Source: Eukaryota sp. GEM-RC1 (taxonomy: Eukaryota). From it: a stretch of 64,000 nucleotides of DNA. The stretch lies in the NCBI GenBank assembly GCA_040285855.1, contig JAUFOQ010000017.1, forward strand, positions 186,001-250,000, read 5' to 3'. Below, piece after piece: positions 46,350 through 60,895 of the stretch (within the stretch, counting starts at the first letter, position 1; each line of letters starts with the position of its first letter). The position numbers were made by a program, and so were the translations under genes. The notes below the pieces were generated by a model, which was given only the letters and a program-made list of their open reading frames with translations, did no database searches and had not been told where the DNA came from.

Positions 46350-47268
46350 CTATATTTTAGATACTGTTGAATTATTACTTTTAAAAAAGGGATGACGTAG
46401 AGCATCTTTAGCGCTGATTCGTTTACTAGGATCATACTGCAACATTGACCTTAACAAGTGAATTCCAACAGCATCAAGACGAGGACAAACACTTTCAAGC
46501 GGTCTTCCAGGATGAAAAGGAAGAGGAGGTTTATACTCTGGAAGTTGTTCTAGTTCGGGGTAATCCTGAACAGAAGGAGTTCCAAGAATCTTGAAGATCT
46601 TCAAGACTTCATCACCGTCGTTTGCTCCAGGAAAGAGAGGGCGGCCATTGACCATTTCAGCAAAGATACATCCAATGGACCACATGTCAATGGCGGTATC
46701 GTATGTTCGAGAACCAAGAAGAACATCAAGAGATCTATACCAAAGGGTGACCACTTCATGAGTATAGAAGCGGACAGGGACGCCAAAAGCTCTGGCTAAG
46801 CCAAAGTCTGCGAGCTTGAGAGTACCCGACTTTGTGTCTATAAGTAGATTCTGTCTATAGTTAAGAAGGATGAAAAACAACAAACGGTTTAAGGTCCCGG
46901 TGCAGAACCTTTCGAGAATGTATATAAGCTGTACCTCGCAGTAGTTGATAGAGGAAGTTTCTAACTTCAGTCATGGAGAGTCCCCTTCGAGCTTCCATGT
47001 ACTTTCGAAGGTCAGCATCTACAAATTCAAATACAAGAGCTAACTTACGATGAGAGTATATGACTTCAAAGAGTTGGACAACATTATCATGTTGGAGTTC
47101 CTTTAGGAGGGAGATTTCTCTAAGAGCTGTACAAGGAACCCCCTCTTCCTCGGATTCTAAACGTATGCGCTTAATGGCGAATATTTCACCGGTTTGTTTG
47201 TTACGTACTTTCCACACAACACCATATGTGCCTTCTCCGACCTGAGCTAGTCGACTGAAACGTTCCAT
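46350..47268 (-). CDS. Cyclin-dependent kinase (PCTALRE; CDK5/CDK2-like); intron 46855..46885
   Basis: [55 protein letters not shown]. Confidence 0.95.
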
Positions 47269-47623
47269 TAGTAAAAACGAGAGTGAAAAGGATGTGAGAT
47301 GGTATAAAAGATATTCGCAGAAAGTTTCACACATGAAATTGCCTCATGAATAAGTTCGATCGGTATGTAAGGAGTAATCAGTGACATTGTACATAGTAAG
47401 ATGTTGTTCAATGAAGGAAGCGATTCCAATCAAAGATAACAGATTCATTTAAAGTAAGAAGATAGTACACAGTGTTGATCTGTATCGATATTTTGCGTTA
47501 CACAAGGAATATGATCGATAGAACAGATTACAACCGGACCATAGATGTTGAACGGTGACAGAAGATTTTCCTCAATTTCTGTCCCAACTTATTGGTCTAC
47601 TTCCTAAGTCCCTCATTTCTTCA

Positions 47624-48283
47624 ATGGAAAATCACAATTCCATGGATCCTTGGTTTACTGAAAGCGAAATCGAAGAACTTTGCTCTCAATTCTACTTATA
47701 TCTATCTCAGAAGTTTTGCGAACAGTTTGAAGCTCTAGAGAATGACCTTACACCAATTTGCGCCGATCTCTCTCTATCTTCTTCAGAAACAGACTCTCTG
47801 TTAAACCATATCTTCTCTCACCTGGAAGGTCTAATAATCCGTCTCTTGGACAACATTCAAACGCTGTACCTAAAATATGTCTTCTCCTCTCCCTCCTCTC
47901 TACCTCAATCACTTACATCACCTTCGCCTCTAATTCAGGAAATGACTTCTGATGATGAGTTAATCCAAGATCTCCTTCAGAAACATTCTGCTCTTTTGTC
48001 TGAAAATGCCAGTCTTAAGTTGAAGAAGCAAGCACTTTTAGATAAAGTCGAGGTTTACCATCCTCCTGAACTCAACCAAGAACTCTCTTCTATTCAATCT
48101 CATGTTTCTAGTTTTATATCTAAAGCTGATGAAATTGAATCACTGGTGTCCTCGAAGTTACCACTATTTAATGACATTCACAATTCAATGATATCAGAGC
48201 TTTCTCTCAATTCTGAATCGATTTTGTCAAGGATTGGACTATCGTTTGATGAGTTAAGAGCAGTTTCACAGTCGTTATCATGA
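47624..48283 (+). CDS. Coiled-coil hypothetical protein (possibly Mis12-like)
   Basis: About 220 aa, helical with a C-terminal coiled coil; only a weak recalled resemblance to Mis12. Confidence 0.45.
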   Translation: MENHNSMDPWFTESEIEELCSQFYLYLSQKFCEQFEALENDLTPICADLSLSSSETDSLLNHIFSHLEGLIIRLLDNIQTLYLKYVFSSPSSLPQSLTSPSPLIQEMTSDDELIQDLLQKHSALLSENASLKLKKQALLDKVEVYHPPELNQELSSIQSHVSSFISKADEIESLVSSKLPLFNDIHNSMISELSLNSESILSRIGLSFDELRAVSQSLS

Positions 48284-49082
48284 TGTTTCTTTTCAGTTTG
48301 TATATCTTTTATTTATTTTCTCTGTTTTGTAGTATTGTTTCTGTGAGGACTATGATGAGACTTTTGGTACTTTTGTTTGAATGGCAATCAAGAACGTTGT
48401 AGATCTTTCTATTCCCTCGAAAGATAATCACTCTTTGTAATATAATTTATCCTTGTAGATAGTCTTCTAAACATAATCAATATGGAAGGAATTATAGATA
48501 AAGAAACCAACAGATCTTAAACTTCATAATAGTTGTTGAACACAACAACACTGAAGCAACAAATCCATATTAAGAGCATAATCACCTCATAGAAGAGATG
48601 CAGGAGAGAGAAAGTATCAAAGTGATACACTGTTAGGTGATTTAGAACACCCCAAAACTCTCATTAGGACCAAAACGACGGAATTTCCCACACTTAAGAC
48701 AGTGTACAACAGTACAAGAAGCCTTTGACCTAACAGAACATGAAACTCCTGGAACAAGTGAAGTGGTACAAAACTGACAGATTTGTCTTTTGTAAGATGG
48801 ATCCACTTTCAGCACTGCTTTTTGGAAACCAGTCTCATAGTATTCATGTAGAAATAGGGGAATCTGTCATCTAAGGAAGACTGTAACAGATTAGATCCTT
48901 GCTGGAAAAGGAAGTTAACACGACGATAGGCTTCGAAATTGCGAATGGGTTTAACGGGTTTACTGGGTTTACTGGGTTTACCCATAAATAAAGTTCACCA
49001 ATGCTCAAACTATATTTGAGATTGCAACGAACAAGATTTCACAAAAAGTTTTCCATCCTTCCCAAACTAATGTCGCAAAACA

Positions 49083-51341
49083 ATGCCCCGACCTCATCAA
49101 GTCACTGAAGATCAACGCGAAGCTTCAATCAGCTATCGAATGGGACTTAAACTGTTCAAGGGCAATGATTATTCTAATGCTGTTACTTGTCTTTCTCGGT
49201 CTATCTCTCTTGTTCCTAGTTGCTCTAGATATTTCTTTGCTCGTGGCCATTGTTGGAGAATGATGGACGACCTTGTCAGAGCTCTTTTGATTACACTATG
49301 GCCATTAGAATAGATAAATCCAATCCTCACTACTACGCTTACCGTGGAGTCACCTTCCGTAAGCTTGATCGACTAATGGAAGCCATACAAGACCAAACAT
49401 TTGCCATTCAACTGGACCCTAGCATAGACATGTGTTTCCACAACAGAGGTCTTTGCCTAGCTCTCCCTCAGTCGCCACGAAGAAGCCATTGTTGACTTTA
49501 AGCAGGCACTAGTCCTCAACCAACACTCTTTCAAATCCCACTTCAACCTCTCCAACTCTTATTTCCTCCTCAGTCGTTACGAAGAGGCCGCATCTCATCT
49601 GAAGAAGGCCTCTGCCATAGAATCCTCTTCCCCTTCCGCTCACAACAACCTCGGCCTCTGTAATCTTCACATTGGCTCCTTCCACGATGCCATCACTTCC
49701 TTCTCTCTCGCTGTCAAACTCTCTCCAAAATCCACTTCCTTCCTCAACAACAGAGCTCTTGCTTACTATGCTATTGGAGACTACACCGCTTCCCTAGAAG
49801 ATCTCACCCAAGCCCTCTCACTAGATCCAAATGACAGTCAGCTGTACTTCAATCGCGGGAACACTCACAGGTCAGCTGGTCACGTGGAACTTGCTCTTTC
49901 TGATCTGACTACCGCCTCTCAAATGAAACCCAGCGATGGATTGATTGTGTACGCTATTGGCCTCGTTCATCGTTTAAAAAACCAAGAAGAAGTTGCAGTT
50001 AAGAAGTTCTTAAGATCTCTAGAATTAGAACCTCACTACCCACCAATCTACCACCAGTTAGGCCTAGTCTACCTCTGTCAATGTAGGTATGTGGCAGCTG
50101 CCGAGGCTTTCGGGAAGGCCATCTCTTTGGCTCCTGATGTGAAGGAATATAGGGTGTGTAGGGCAAAAGCAGCGTATGAGCTCTGTGATTGGACTGTCGT
50201 GATTGCTAATATCACGTCGGCGATTGAGATATTGCCGGCAACTCCTCTTGATTTGTTATTGCGGGGTACTGCCTATTTCAGGAGAAATCTGTTGACCGAA
50301 TCTCTTTCTGATCTTGAGCTCGCGTCATCATTAATCCACCAATCACAATCTCAATCAGATCAAAATTATGAAACTGCAACCTTTGCTTCTGATCCCTCCT
50401 CTGCTTGTTGCATCTCCCCTTACCTGTCCTACACAACTCTCCCCACCACTCACCACTCTCTTGACTTTAGTAAGTCTGTATCTTGCTCAGGACATGAGAG
50501 TTTGAAGCATTCCGCCTTCCAAAAGAAGAACTCGTTGGCAGAGAAAGATGCTAAACTGGGGGATTTGATTTTGACTGCACTTGCCAGAACTGAAAGAGCT
50601 CTTGGTAACTATGATTCAGCAATCACTCACCTTTCAGCTGCTCTCAACAGTCACGAACTCGAAAGCGATATCCTCTTCGCTCGAGCCCAATGTTATTTCG
50701 ATCTTGGTCGTTTTGCTGATTCTATTAACGACATCTCCGCCTCAATTGACATTGTTAAAACCCCTGTTTTGTACTATTGGAGAGGTCGTTATAGAAAGTC
50801 TCTTCATGACTACGAGGGAGCTGCTAGTGACTTTGAGGTTACCTTAGACCTCCAGGATCACCCAGAACTTATTACTGACGAAGAAGGGAATAACCTGGGA
50901 TTAAACTTGGTAACTGAAACCAGATCATTGTCAAGAGGTGATGTTTGTTATCAGTTGTCATTGGTTTATGCTCATTTAGGAAAGTTTAAAGAGGCCGAGA
51001 AGTTTTGTGGGTTAGCTATTTCTGATAGGAAGTCGAATGATTTACCTATTAAAATGTCAATGTTACATGAATACGCTAAGATGAGTCAGTGTACTGGAAA
51101 GCACAAGCAAGCAGTTGCTCTCTTTTCAGAAGTCTTGAGAAGTCAACCAGAGAATGATCGAGGGTATTTTAGAAGGGCTTTTTCGTTTAAATATTTAAAA
51201 AAGTATAAGGAAGCAGCTTTGGATTTCGAAAAGGCACGAAAACTTGATCCAAAAAATCCTGTATATGTTGTTGACTATCGAAATATCATTAATGTTGATT
51301 ATTTTGAGCTGTCCCCGCCAGGAATGGAAAGTGACGATTAA
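49083..51341 (+). CDS. Long tetratricopeptide-repeat protein; frameshifts near 49285 and 49465
   Basis: Continuous TPR motifs (YFFARG, YYAYRG, FHNRG, AHNNLG, YFNRG, YYWRG, YFRRA) across three frames. Confidence 0.88.
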
Positions 51342-51799
51342 GATGGAATTTATTTTGTATTTGGAGTTTATTATTAATTGTATTGTATTTATTTATGTTT
51401 GGCATTGTGAAAGTGTCCTACAAAAAGAGTCAGTGTAATTCTCAATCTGTATTTACCCTTTCAGAAAGTTGTCCTTTCTTTTTTGATGGGTTTTTTAATA
51501 TGCACACTTAGTCATTCTGATTTCTTATTCTGTTTGAGTGAATTGTCTAGATATAAAATCAGTATTTTAACTCAAAGAATATTTCTACAATTACTAGTGC
51601 AGGTCTATGCTCCCGTTAAGGTAAAAGTCCCATTAAGGTCTACCCAAAGGATTCCACTAATGGGAGGGTAGACTGCAGTTTGGTACATGTATGTTTTACG
51701 CTAATTTATGTTTGTTACATATTAAGTCTTTCTGTAGTGTCACATCTTGTGTTATTTGTTAAGATCACCAAAACGAATTCTTCAACTTTTGTGGGTCGA

Positions 51800-52200
51800 T
51801 GGATATATTAGTAAAATAATTGATGTACATCTGAAGAACCAAATCTGTGCAATTGCAATTCAATAAGCACACAAAAGTTCCAACCAAATTATTCTTGATG
51901 TTACAACAGTAGATCCATGTGCTCAAACTTATGTTAACAGCTCAACTTCAAAAGGTTTCAACCACCTAGTAACAGCCGAAAAACGTAACATTGATTTGTA
52001 TTCCAAAGATGTTGCTAAGGTCAATCAAAATTTATATTCGAAGATTGTATTTGATTCATTTGTTATTTCGATTTTTGGTAGTATTGGTGAAATGATTTCT
52101 AAGTTTTTAACTGATTTTGGATCTACTAGTATGTGCAAGTCTCAGAATAAGAGATTTAACTTATCAATTTTGGGATGATTTTTGTTCTATTCCATTCGAT
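51800..52200 (+). mobile_element. 3' fragment of RLE-type non-LTR retrotransposon
   Basis: IILDVTTVDPCAQTY...TAEKRN..LY...FVISIFGSIG fits the restriction-like endonuclease tail of CRE/R2-type elements. Confidence 0.6.
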
Positions 52201-52724
52201 GCCTAAGTGATTTAAATCAATTATCACAAAGTTCTACAAGTGGTACTGTTGACGAGGAATTGTCTGTGTCTAGTGTTTCTTAGCTTTTAATTTTTAATAT
52301 GTAGTAGATCAAACAACTAAAATTTGATATCATTAAAACAACACCCGTCGCTATCAAATCTTACAGCAGCTTTGTCCTCATAGAAGGAATTCACAGCTAA
52401 TATATCTTTTCAGATGATTAGGGGAATTGTTTTAAAAACAGAAGCCGTTAATTTGAAATCTATTTTTATCCCTTCATCTTTAAACGATATGAAAAGTTTT
52501 TTTTAAATCAATTTATTGGAGAGCAAGGTTGTCATTTTCCCCTTTAGGTATTTTGATTTGATTTTGAACCGTCTCTTTGCATTGAGATATGAATGTGAGA
52601 TGGTATCGTTATTTGTAATTGTAAATAAAAGGCGTTTTTTTACACTACACGTACATGAGTATACAATGTATAGTATTCGTTGATACACAAAATGCAAATA
52701 ACAGTTCTTAAGCGAAGCAAACAG

Positions 52725-53303
52725 CTACTGTTGCTCCCTACACTGCTTTTCGTATCGCACCAACTCAGCAAAGGGTTCCAATGTATTAACAGTGACAGAC
52801 ACCTTACCTTTCGACGCATTCACCAGATCTCCATTTAATTGATCATAATCTCCTGGATTCAGTGTTACTACGAGTTCACATCCGTTATCCGAAAAGGTTT
52901 CCGTATCTATAGTACAATACTGATGAATGATGGATAAACACTTTCCTATAGTAAGAAACATCAAAAATAAAGTACCAAGAACAGAATGAGGTAGGAATAT
53001 CGTTGCTTCGACTATTCGAGACTTCCTCATAGGAATGAGTGAGACAATGTGTTTCATAACCTTATCCCGGATTTCTAGTTGGGTATAGCGAAAGGGATCG
53101 ATCCGAAGGTGCATTTGGTTGAAAGCATTTTCTATCTGTGTTTCAGGAATAGGACTTTGTTTAGATTACATTAACAGAAGAACAAACAGGTTAGTTTGGG
53201 GGTTGATGTAGTTTCGGTGTATGTATTTGATCATATCTCTGCGTTTGGCTTCTACAAGTGCTCGATGCTGAGCCGCGGTTAATTGTTTATCACTGTCTTC
53301 CAT
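52725..53303 (-). CDS. N-terminally truncated SBDS paralogue; introns 53155..53187 and 52946..52975
   Basis: [60 protein letters not shown] aligns with 39114..39926. Confidence 0.8.
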
Positions 53304-53680
53304 TACAGTACATGTGTTCAACCAGTCCTGATCAAAGAACAAGAATTTTTATATCCCAAGTAGAAAGATGTTGGCCTTTTCGCCTTACTTTGCCTTCTAG
53401 GTGTCACTACATCGAGAGTAGTCTGGACTGACCTAAACGTTATCACATAAATGCAGATAATCTAGCTCATTAACTAGCATGGTTTTCAAATAATGTATAT
53501 TGTCATTAGATTAATACTAATCGCTGCCAAATAGAATACTTTCTCCCTCTTTCGTTGAAAGTGTTCTATGGTGTCACTAAGGAGCTTGAATAGATGTTAG
53601 CTAAAATATAGACCTACATCTATGTGATTGAAAACCAAACTTTACAACGGAGATTACCAAATTTAAAATGTACCTAAGAT

Positions 53681-53857
53681 CCGGGATTGTAAAATACATA
53701 TATATATATAGAAATATACATACAATATACATACAATATATGTATCTTCATTGTTCAGGTCCACCAACAATATGTATTGACATAATGTGATGTATTGTTA
53801 TTGTACATATTGCAGTACAGTATATTGCAATATCAATGTCTTTTTCTCCAATTCCTG
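53681..53857. mobile_element. Decayed hAT-type MITE
   Basis: Ends CCGGGATTG / CAATTCCTG; TSD CCTAAGAT/CCTAAGAC; CAATA/TATTG repeats. Confidence 0.55.
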
Positions 53858-54101
53858 CCTAAGACATCGGTTAAGTGAGAACTCATATAATCATTGGATA
53901 TTAGTTTTTGAGTCAAATTGTCAGGAACTGGATGATCAAGTCTCGACACTGGATTTCAACTAGACTTCACATCAAACAATATAAACCTATCGATGACACT
54001 GAAGTATGTCCGGGAAACCAGCGAAGGAATACCGACAATAGGTAGTCCTCAGAATTCCTCAAGACAAATAATCTTAATCACCATTACGAAACCGCTCACA
54101 A

Positions 54102-57100
54102 ATGGAACGCTCTGTTGATGTTGACTCATTGCCTCAGCGCTCGCTGAGGGTGTTTGACATCAACAACATCTTTCGTCGCTTTTGTTTGACTCTTGTGTTT
54201 AACTCGTGGTTTGATTGGGTAATCCTTGCGGTCATTCTAATGTCCCTGGCTCCTCTGATGTTTCTCTCTCATAGTCAGTCATCAGAGCTCGAGTCTACCC
54301 TGTTTTGGTTTGACTTCACCTTTACTGCTATCTTTACGATAGAACTGTTCCTACGAATGGTGGCTGTTGGACTAATCGCCTCTCCAAAGTCAATTTTGCG
54401 AGATCCTTTCGGATGCCTGGATCTCATCATTGTTGCCGCTTCCCTCCTCGCATTCACCCCCTTCTTTCAAGCCCGTCCCACCGCCTTCCGTCTCCTCAGA
54501 GTACTTCGGCCACTTCGCTCTCTCAGTAGTGTCCCTCAAATGAGAAATCTCGTCAAATCTCTCATCTTTATCTTTCCTGCTATTGGTCCAGTTCTTCTCT
54601 TCACGATGTTCTTTGTCTTTGTTGGAGGTACCTTTGGAGTCCACCTACTTCGAGGAACACTTGCTCACCGCTGCACTCCCCTTGGCTTCTCCCCTGAACA
54701 AATCATGGATCTGGATGATTGGGATGATCTCTATAACGTGTGTAGTCCTGTTGGTCTTGGTCCTGGTTGTCCCATCAATCACGATTGCCTTCCTGGATAT
54801 GAAAACCCTGAAGATGGCTGGGTTTCCTTTGATAACATTTGGTTGGCAGTTATTAACCTTTTCTGGGGTCTAACTCTGGAAGGTTGGGCTCACGTAGCTT
54901 CTTGGTGTTACCAAAGTCTGGGAGTTATTGGTTTTGGATATATGTTTTTAGTTTGTGTGACAGGAGCTTTCTACGTGCTGAATCTCTTCACTGCTGTTGT
55001 TGCTACAAAGTTTGGTGAGATCAGCGAGAAACACGAGTATATCGAACTAGATAACGACTTAACTGGAGAGAAGATCGTCATCAATGCTACTGAGTATTCC
55101 AAAAGGCTTTATGCTTCAACTGTTGAGACCCAGACTGAAGTTATTGACTATACTACTAGAGGTCGATCTTATAGCATTCAAGAACAAAGTCCTGGTAAGA
55201 TTAGGAAGTTGGTATCTAAACTAGTGTTAACAGTGGGGTTTGAAGTGTGGTCCACTGTGTTTGTTATTCTAAACGCTGGAGTTCTGTCAGTTTATCATTA
55301 TGGAATGTCGTCTAGTTTGGAGAAGAAGCTGGATATCATTAGTACGGTCATTACTGTTCTATTTGCTATTGAAGTGTTGTTACGTGTGATTTCCTCGGGG
55401 GGATTTAAGAAACACTTTTTAAAGTCTTTTTTCGATGGTTTTGATCTTGTAATTGTAGCATTTGCTTTACTTGAAATGATCGCTCTAATGCTCAAACTCA
55501 ACGTTGCCAAGTATAAATGGCTCTCGGTCCTGCGTGTTCTTCGTTTAGCACGTGTTCTACGTATTCTGTCCCTTTCAAGATCCTGGAAGAGTTTCCACCG
55601 ATTACTCCTTACTCTAGCCAAGAGTTTGAAGTCAATGATTCCATTTGTTATTCTAATTGTTGTGTTTCTCTTTATATTCGCTGCTGTTGGTGTGGAAGTG
55701 TTTGATGCGGAGAAGGTCAAGCTAGATTATGATCCTGATACGTGGTACTTTTCGACCTTCAAATACTCTTTGATTAACACGTGGCTGACCTCTACTGGAG
55801 AAGATTGGAATGATTTGGCTGCCGACACTTTGTCGTATGCTAAAAAGTCCCTTTGTGGGTGGAATTTTCTTTATTGCCATTATTGTTGTGTTTGCATTTC
55901 TATTAATGAACTTACTGGTGGGTATTATAGTTGATAGTTTTGTTAATGCTAGAGCTGAGGAACGTAGAAAACATGTCAGTTTAATGGTAACTGAGGAAGA
56001 TTTAGAGCTGTCGGACTCTCCCAAAGAAACTGCGATCAGGGACAATATCAAGCCGAAGATTCCTATTGATCCATCAGAAGTGGCGGAAGTTTCCTGTTTC
56101 GTTTTGAGAAAGGATCATTGGTTACGTAAGATTTGTATGAAAATATCTTATTCCACTGTGTTTACCGTTGTGATTTACATTCTCGTTTTCTTTTCTTGTC
56201 TTAACCTAGCTTTACAACAACCTTCCGTCAGCCTTGATCATTGGAGTAGAGCTCATTCCGACATAATATTTAATATTTTAACGGTAATCTTTCTACTGGA
56301 ATTGCTAATCAATATCATTGCCAGATCAGCATTTGGAGTTAATGGAATGTTTAGATCTTCATTTGTTGCATTTGATTCTTCCATTATTCTCTTGTCTGGC
56401 CTAGAGTTTCTAGTACCAGGAAGTTCTAACCTGGCTCTATTACGTTCCTTTAGAGCTCTGCGACCCCTACGACTACTATCACTTTCCACTTCTGGAAAAA
56501 TGGTGTTAAAAGCTTTAATGAACTCAGTCCCTGCTCTAGTGAATGCCACCCTCCTCTTCTTCATTTTTCTACTAGTATTTGGCATCATTGGAGTCTCAAT
56601 GCTAGGTCACGTGCAAGAGTCAGTCCAAGAAGACCCTGGATATGGGTATTTAATAGGGTTTGACAACGTCCCTAGAGCGGTGTACTCATTGTTTTCTTTC
56701 ACCACCCAAGAGTACCTCCCCGCTGCCTTCAGACTCTACGCATATGATGTTCCAACGACCATTTACTTTACTACTTACATGGTCATTGGTTTCTGGATCA
56801 TTACACAGGTCTTTATTTCTCTATTAACTGAAGAGTTTAGTGACTCGGCAGGGCAATTGAGATTTGCTATTGGGGAAACTGATGAAGTTAGACGAGCAAG
56901 GATGGTTTTGAGCACTATTAAAAAGTCTGTTTGTTCTCCAATACGACCAAGTCCGAATTCCTTTGTGTTGCGACGTTTCTGTTTCAGACTGTCACATCAT
57001 CCTTATTTCGACCAGTTAATAACTGTTTTGATTGTCATGAATTCAATTCTTTTGGCAATGTACACTGCGGACATGTCGGATTCACGTCTGGTTTTGTTTA

Positions 57101-58230
57101 GAAATATTGGACATGTCTTTACAATCATTTTTGCCTTGGAAATCATAATCAAAGTCACGTCGGATAAATGGACTTTCTTCAAGGACAATTGGAATAACTT
57201 TGATTTGTTTGTGGTACTTGGAACGTCATCTTCCTTCTTTATCACTAATGACTTTACAGTATTTATTATTCTACTTCGTCTTTTGCGTGTTTTTAGAATA
57301 ATTAGATTATCAAAAAGACTAGAATCAGTCAAGAAAATCTTTAGAACTACAGCAATTGCACTTCCAGCATTGTCCGGGATTGCCACTGTTTCAGTAGTTA
57401 TCTTTTTGTTTTTGCAATATTTGGAATGCAGTTATTTGGTGAAATTCCTGGAAATCAAGTTGATGACGGGCTTTATGATCCTATCGTCCACTTTAAATCT
57501 TTTTTTCCCTGCAATATTCACTCTCTTCATGTCTGCTTCTGGTGAGGAATGGCAAAGTATCATGGTGGAAGCTAGTGGCTGTCCTCCTAGTAATCCTGAC
57601 TGCAATGGAACTGTAGTCGCCACGGCTTTCTTCTTACCTCTAATCTACATTTGCAGATTTGTGTTTTTAAATCTGATCTCCGCAGCTATCGTTGATGCTT
57701 TTGTTACCGCATCACGTGATTTCCAAGCAGTTGTTGCTCCGACTGATGTCACTGATTTCGTAGAAGCTTGGAAGAAGGTTGACCCAGACGGTGTCGGTTT
57801 TACTGCAGTGTCTGATCTAGATACTTTGTTTACTTCCCTAAAGCCACCACTGTCACCTGGAGCCAATGCTGAGGTGGTTTCAACTGTGCTGAGAACTTTG
57901 GACGTTCCTGTATACAGTTGCAACGGCTCTGGACATTATGTTTGTATATACGATCTACTTCCCTCTGTAGTACTTCGGCTGTTAGGACCAACCATTCTGT
58001 TAATACCGAAGGATGTCGACCGCACCACGACTTACTGCCATTGGAGAGGTAGTAAATTGGCCAGGAATGGAAAGTTTACAAAGGTTCATCTTTCTGTTCG
58101 TGATTTGTATGCAGCACGATTTGTCAGTCGAAAGTGGAAAGAGTTAGAACAACGTAAGATCACGAGAGCTTCAGAGGATGCAGTAAATGCCACTGAGATG
58201 CAGTTTATGAGTGAATTACTCGATGTGTAA
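54102..58230 (+). CDS. Four-domain voltage-gated Ca/Na channel alpha subunit; frameshifts near 55845 and a compensating pair near 57410/57505
   Basis: Four S4 segments; pore loops TLEGW, TGEDW, TQEYL and SGEEW; C-terminal EF-hand-like FVEAWKKVDPDGVG and IQ-like segment. Confidence 0.92.
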
Positions 58231-58942
58231 CATCATCTTCTTCATTATAAAATTAATTTATTTTGATGAGACCTTTGCAATATAAATAATAGTTTGTGCG
58301 TCAGTCCATCATAACCACTAGTTCTTGTAAGTACTAGTAAAATATCATAACTACTAGTTTAGTAAAGTATTGGGTGAATGGTGGGCAATAATATTTTCCA
58401 CTCACTGTGGATTCCCAAGCTAACTGTTTTTCTCCCAAAAAAACAACATCCTTTATTGTTTTCGAGGTTGATGAGGGAAATATATTTTACTTTTACGAAG
58501 TTTGTGTGATCCGAACAATTTTAGCGAATAAACTGCAGATTTCAATGACTTTGCACTATCTAGAAGTCTGTATTTTGGTTTTGCCTCCAAATTCTGATGC
58601 AGATACAATTTTCTGATATAATGGTGATGTTACTGCAGTGAACGGTTTAAACTCTAACACTCAGAATATAGAGTTGGATCAGATCACGTTTATTGTAGAT
58701 TATCATCGTTTTGTCAACTTTAAGTATAGATATTTTGGTACATTCGTTTGATTAACATAACTGATTTTTCAAAACATCATATATATTTATGATTTGAATA
58801 TGGGATGAAGATTAGGATGATGGTGGCCCGAAACAAAGAAGAAAACGTTTAATCCCTAAATTCATTTTAAATCTGGAAAATTAATAAACAGAAACAGGAA
58901 ATTGAACGCTTTTCACCAACCTTGACAATCGATTTGTCGATT

Positions 58943-60315
58943 ATGCCCAACACTCCCAACCTAACGATCTTCAAACGTTCACGAATAGATCCACATCCTC
59001 AAAGCCACATTCCAAACGTCTTTCTTCCTACAATAAGATATTCTGTTCAAAAACGTAACCACTATTACTTTATTCAGAATCGTATTCTTCTGCTGAACTC
59101 CTCTGGATGGTCTAACATAAAAGTCACCAAGACTGGTCAACATAGTGTTACCAAGACTTTCAAATACTCCAATATTGAACTTCTAACGCTTACCAGTTGG
59201 AATGTCATCATTATTGAAGTAGATTGTGACCACTCATTCACCTATATCTCCCCTGAAGCTATTCAAATTGCAGTGGAACTTGTCCATCGACTTGACACGA
59301 TCAGATCCATCTACTCTTTGTCCAGAATTCCCCCTTCCTTCCAACCTCCACCTCCATCACCTCGTCGTATATGCTCTCCCATGAGGTTTCTAGCTTCCCC
59401 TTCTCCACGCAAACCTTCTCCTTCTAAAATCTCTCCTGCTCTTCTTAAACAATATCAGCAGAAATCAGATGAGTTTTTGCTATACCTAATCTTCAAGCAT
59501 GCTGGACTTCTACGAATGGTAAATGAATTCGTACAGAGAATTCCCACCATATTAAATTCCCTTTTTAAGTATTCACCTGAGCTTGTTCGAAAATCAAAAC
59601 AATCACGAGAAGAATGGGAGTCGGGAAATAGCTCTATTTGTTTTAATAGCAAAAAGAATTTTCAAATATCAGGAAATTTATGTCTGGGCTGCGAGAATTA
59701 ATTGTTCATGATTTTAGATATCTTTTAATAGATTCTGTTTTCGACAAAAATTTCCAGGATTCTCCTGATCTATTTCCAGTTATTTCCCGTCTTGTTGACA
59801 TTTCACTTCAAAAAATAATACTCACCCCAGTTTCAGAAGATTTATTCTTCTATTTTAGATCATTTTCATCCAATTTAGTTGATAACCAAATTCAAGAAGC
59901 ATATTCGTTTATTTCTGATTGGGATTTGCAATCATTTGACTCGTCGATTGCAGAAAAGATCACTGCTAAATCACTGATTACTGTGTTGTCGAATCTGACC
60001 TCTTTATCTAATCCCACGTCTTACTTACCTCATTGGTTTGTTGATACGATTACTGATTGTTGTCGTATAATTAATAGGATTGCACTTCAATCAAGTGATG
60101 ATTTTCTGAGTGCTGATGAGTTCCTTCCTCTTTTGATTTATTGTATTAAAGAGACTAAATTGGAAAGTCCGTTCTCTATTTGTCAAATGATTTATGAGTT
60201 TTCCGATTCTGAATTGTTGAAGGGGGAGGAAGGGTATTACTTAGCTTCCTTTAATAGCGCCTGTCTGTACTTGCAACAGTTATGTAATGATTGTAGTTTG
60301 ATTGGTCTTCCGTAA
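58943..60315 (+). CDS. VPS9-domain Rab GEF; frameshift near 59650
   Basis: LSADEFLPLLIY and GEEGYYLASFNSA are VPS9 signatures. Confidence 0.82.
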
Positions 60316-60895
60316 AGATTTTCTAGGTGTTTGGGTGAGTATTATTGGTTTGCTGTTGTTTATTTGTATGAGTATTTTACTGAATTTCAAGGAGGTTTTG
60401 ATCCTTTGTTGCATATGTGTATTGTTTAATTTATTTGTTAATTTATTTTGTATTGTACAGTCTTTTGTTGTATTGTATTCTGGGCTGCTGATGTATTGTT
60501 ATTTAATTACTTTTTGTCGAATCTGGAACCACCAAGGTTGGTCAAGGGCAAACCGATTCCTTGTCAAACAACAGTTTGACATATTTTGATTTAGAAAACT
60601 TTAATCCGAGAATTGTCATCTTCTTCAATCCTAGACATTCAATCCTAGACATTCAACATAGATCCCGAGAATTGTTGTTTACTATATAGTCTTAAAAAGT
60701 CAATACCAAGAGTAATCCAGTTCAAAGAAAAAACAATCATTTTGAGGTTGATGGATAGAAGGATCATAGTTTAGATGTTTTAGTTAGTATCTGTTAGTTA
60801 TTAACTTCTGCAAATGCGTTTATTTCACTGATTGATCCTAAACCCCGTTTTTGAGGTTTAATTTAAATCTCTTCACACAATGTCCACGTATTCCC

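Noticed and set aside
37281..51677. CAGTC(G/T)ACCCTCCCATTAG ends at ~37283 and ~51675 as one 14-kb Tc1/pogo-like element
   Set aside because: They are inverted but enclose ordinary host genes and no transposase. More likely independent solo ends of one family.
55298..57923. Antisense ORFs within the channel gene (and likewise within ValRS and the LRR genes)
   Set aside because: Shadow ORFs of real coding strands with no independent motifs.
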